DNA of 64,000 nt, from positions 1-64,000 of IMG/VR virus record IMGVR_UViG_2744054895_000002; one strand, 5' to 3'. The position numbers and the translations under genes were made by a program. A model generated the notes under the pieces. It saw nothing but the letters and a program-made list of their open reading frames with translations. It searched no databases and was not told the origin of the DNA. This document shows positions 63,944 through 64,000 of the stretch, in pieces (position 1 is the stretch's first letter; every line of letters starts with the position of its first letter). The DNA comes from a virus. Taxonomy: Duplodnaviria > Caudoviricetes.

Positions 63944-64000
63944 GTGATCAGCCCATCCCGCAACTGGTGGGTCATCTATCAAGAGCCCAACCCCGTCGAG
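63944..64000 (+). CDS. Partial CDS running off the window
   Basis: GTG after GAAGGAG; open to the end. Confidence 0.5.
   Translation, partial: MISPSRNWWVIYQEPNPVE

Larger units (their letters stand above)
1..64000. mobile_element. Temperate siphovirus prophage (actinobacterial, probably Streptomyces), incomplete on the right
   Basis: Integrase at left edge; canonical terminase-portal-scaffold-capsid-tail-tape measure-lysin-holin order; replication genes at right; the same cis motifs occur at 4.9 kb and at 53-63 kb, linking both ends. Host inferred from high GC, DUF397/XRE and WhiB-like genes. Confidence 0.93.

Noticed and set aside
1-64000. attL/attR, tRNA, rRNA, CRISPR array, reverse transcriptase/DGR
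   Set aside because: No long terminal repeat, cloverleaf, repeat-spacer periodicity or RT motif was recognised; the att sites probably lie outside the window.

Overview
The whole 64 kb window is the left-hand part of one large, high-GC actinobacterial (very probably Streptomyces) siphovirus prophage. It starts at the stop codon of its tyrosine integrase and runs off the right edge inside the early-gene region, so neither att site is visible. Gene order: integration cassette (Int, Xis-like, a serine-recombinase homologue lacking its catalytic domain, a MAB_1171c-like membrane protein plus XRE regulator), ParB and methyltransferase genes, terminase, portal, scaffold, head decoration and capsid, tail, lysis, a tandem-HTH regulator, Sak4-like/Cas4-like recombination genes, a replication initiator with internal palindromic iterons, a C5 DNA methyltransferase, WhiB-like and RusA-like genes. 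The morphogenesis region is repeatedly interrupted by cargo, much of it candidate anti-phage defence: a GAF protein, a Cas3-like helicase fragment, an Mrr-type nuclease, two HEPN-motif proteins, and a ~14 kb island between head and head-tail genes. That island carries a complete class I FxLD lanthipeptide cluster (LanA, LanB, LanC, O-methyltransferase fusion, no exporter), an XRE/DUF397/DUF6879-like module, a broken SLATT/DUF4231-like gene and a TRADD-N-associated-type membrane protein. Four recurrent cis motifs were found by eye: an early promoter/operator TGCATATAGAATAGAACC, a start-associated GACCTCTTGGAG, a TANNNT-N7-11-GGCGCGGGG element where late gene blocks restart, and a CCAACAC..GTGTT palindrome. 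No rRNA, tRNA or CRISPR array was seen. All family assignments come from motif recognition and synteny, not database searches.
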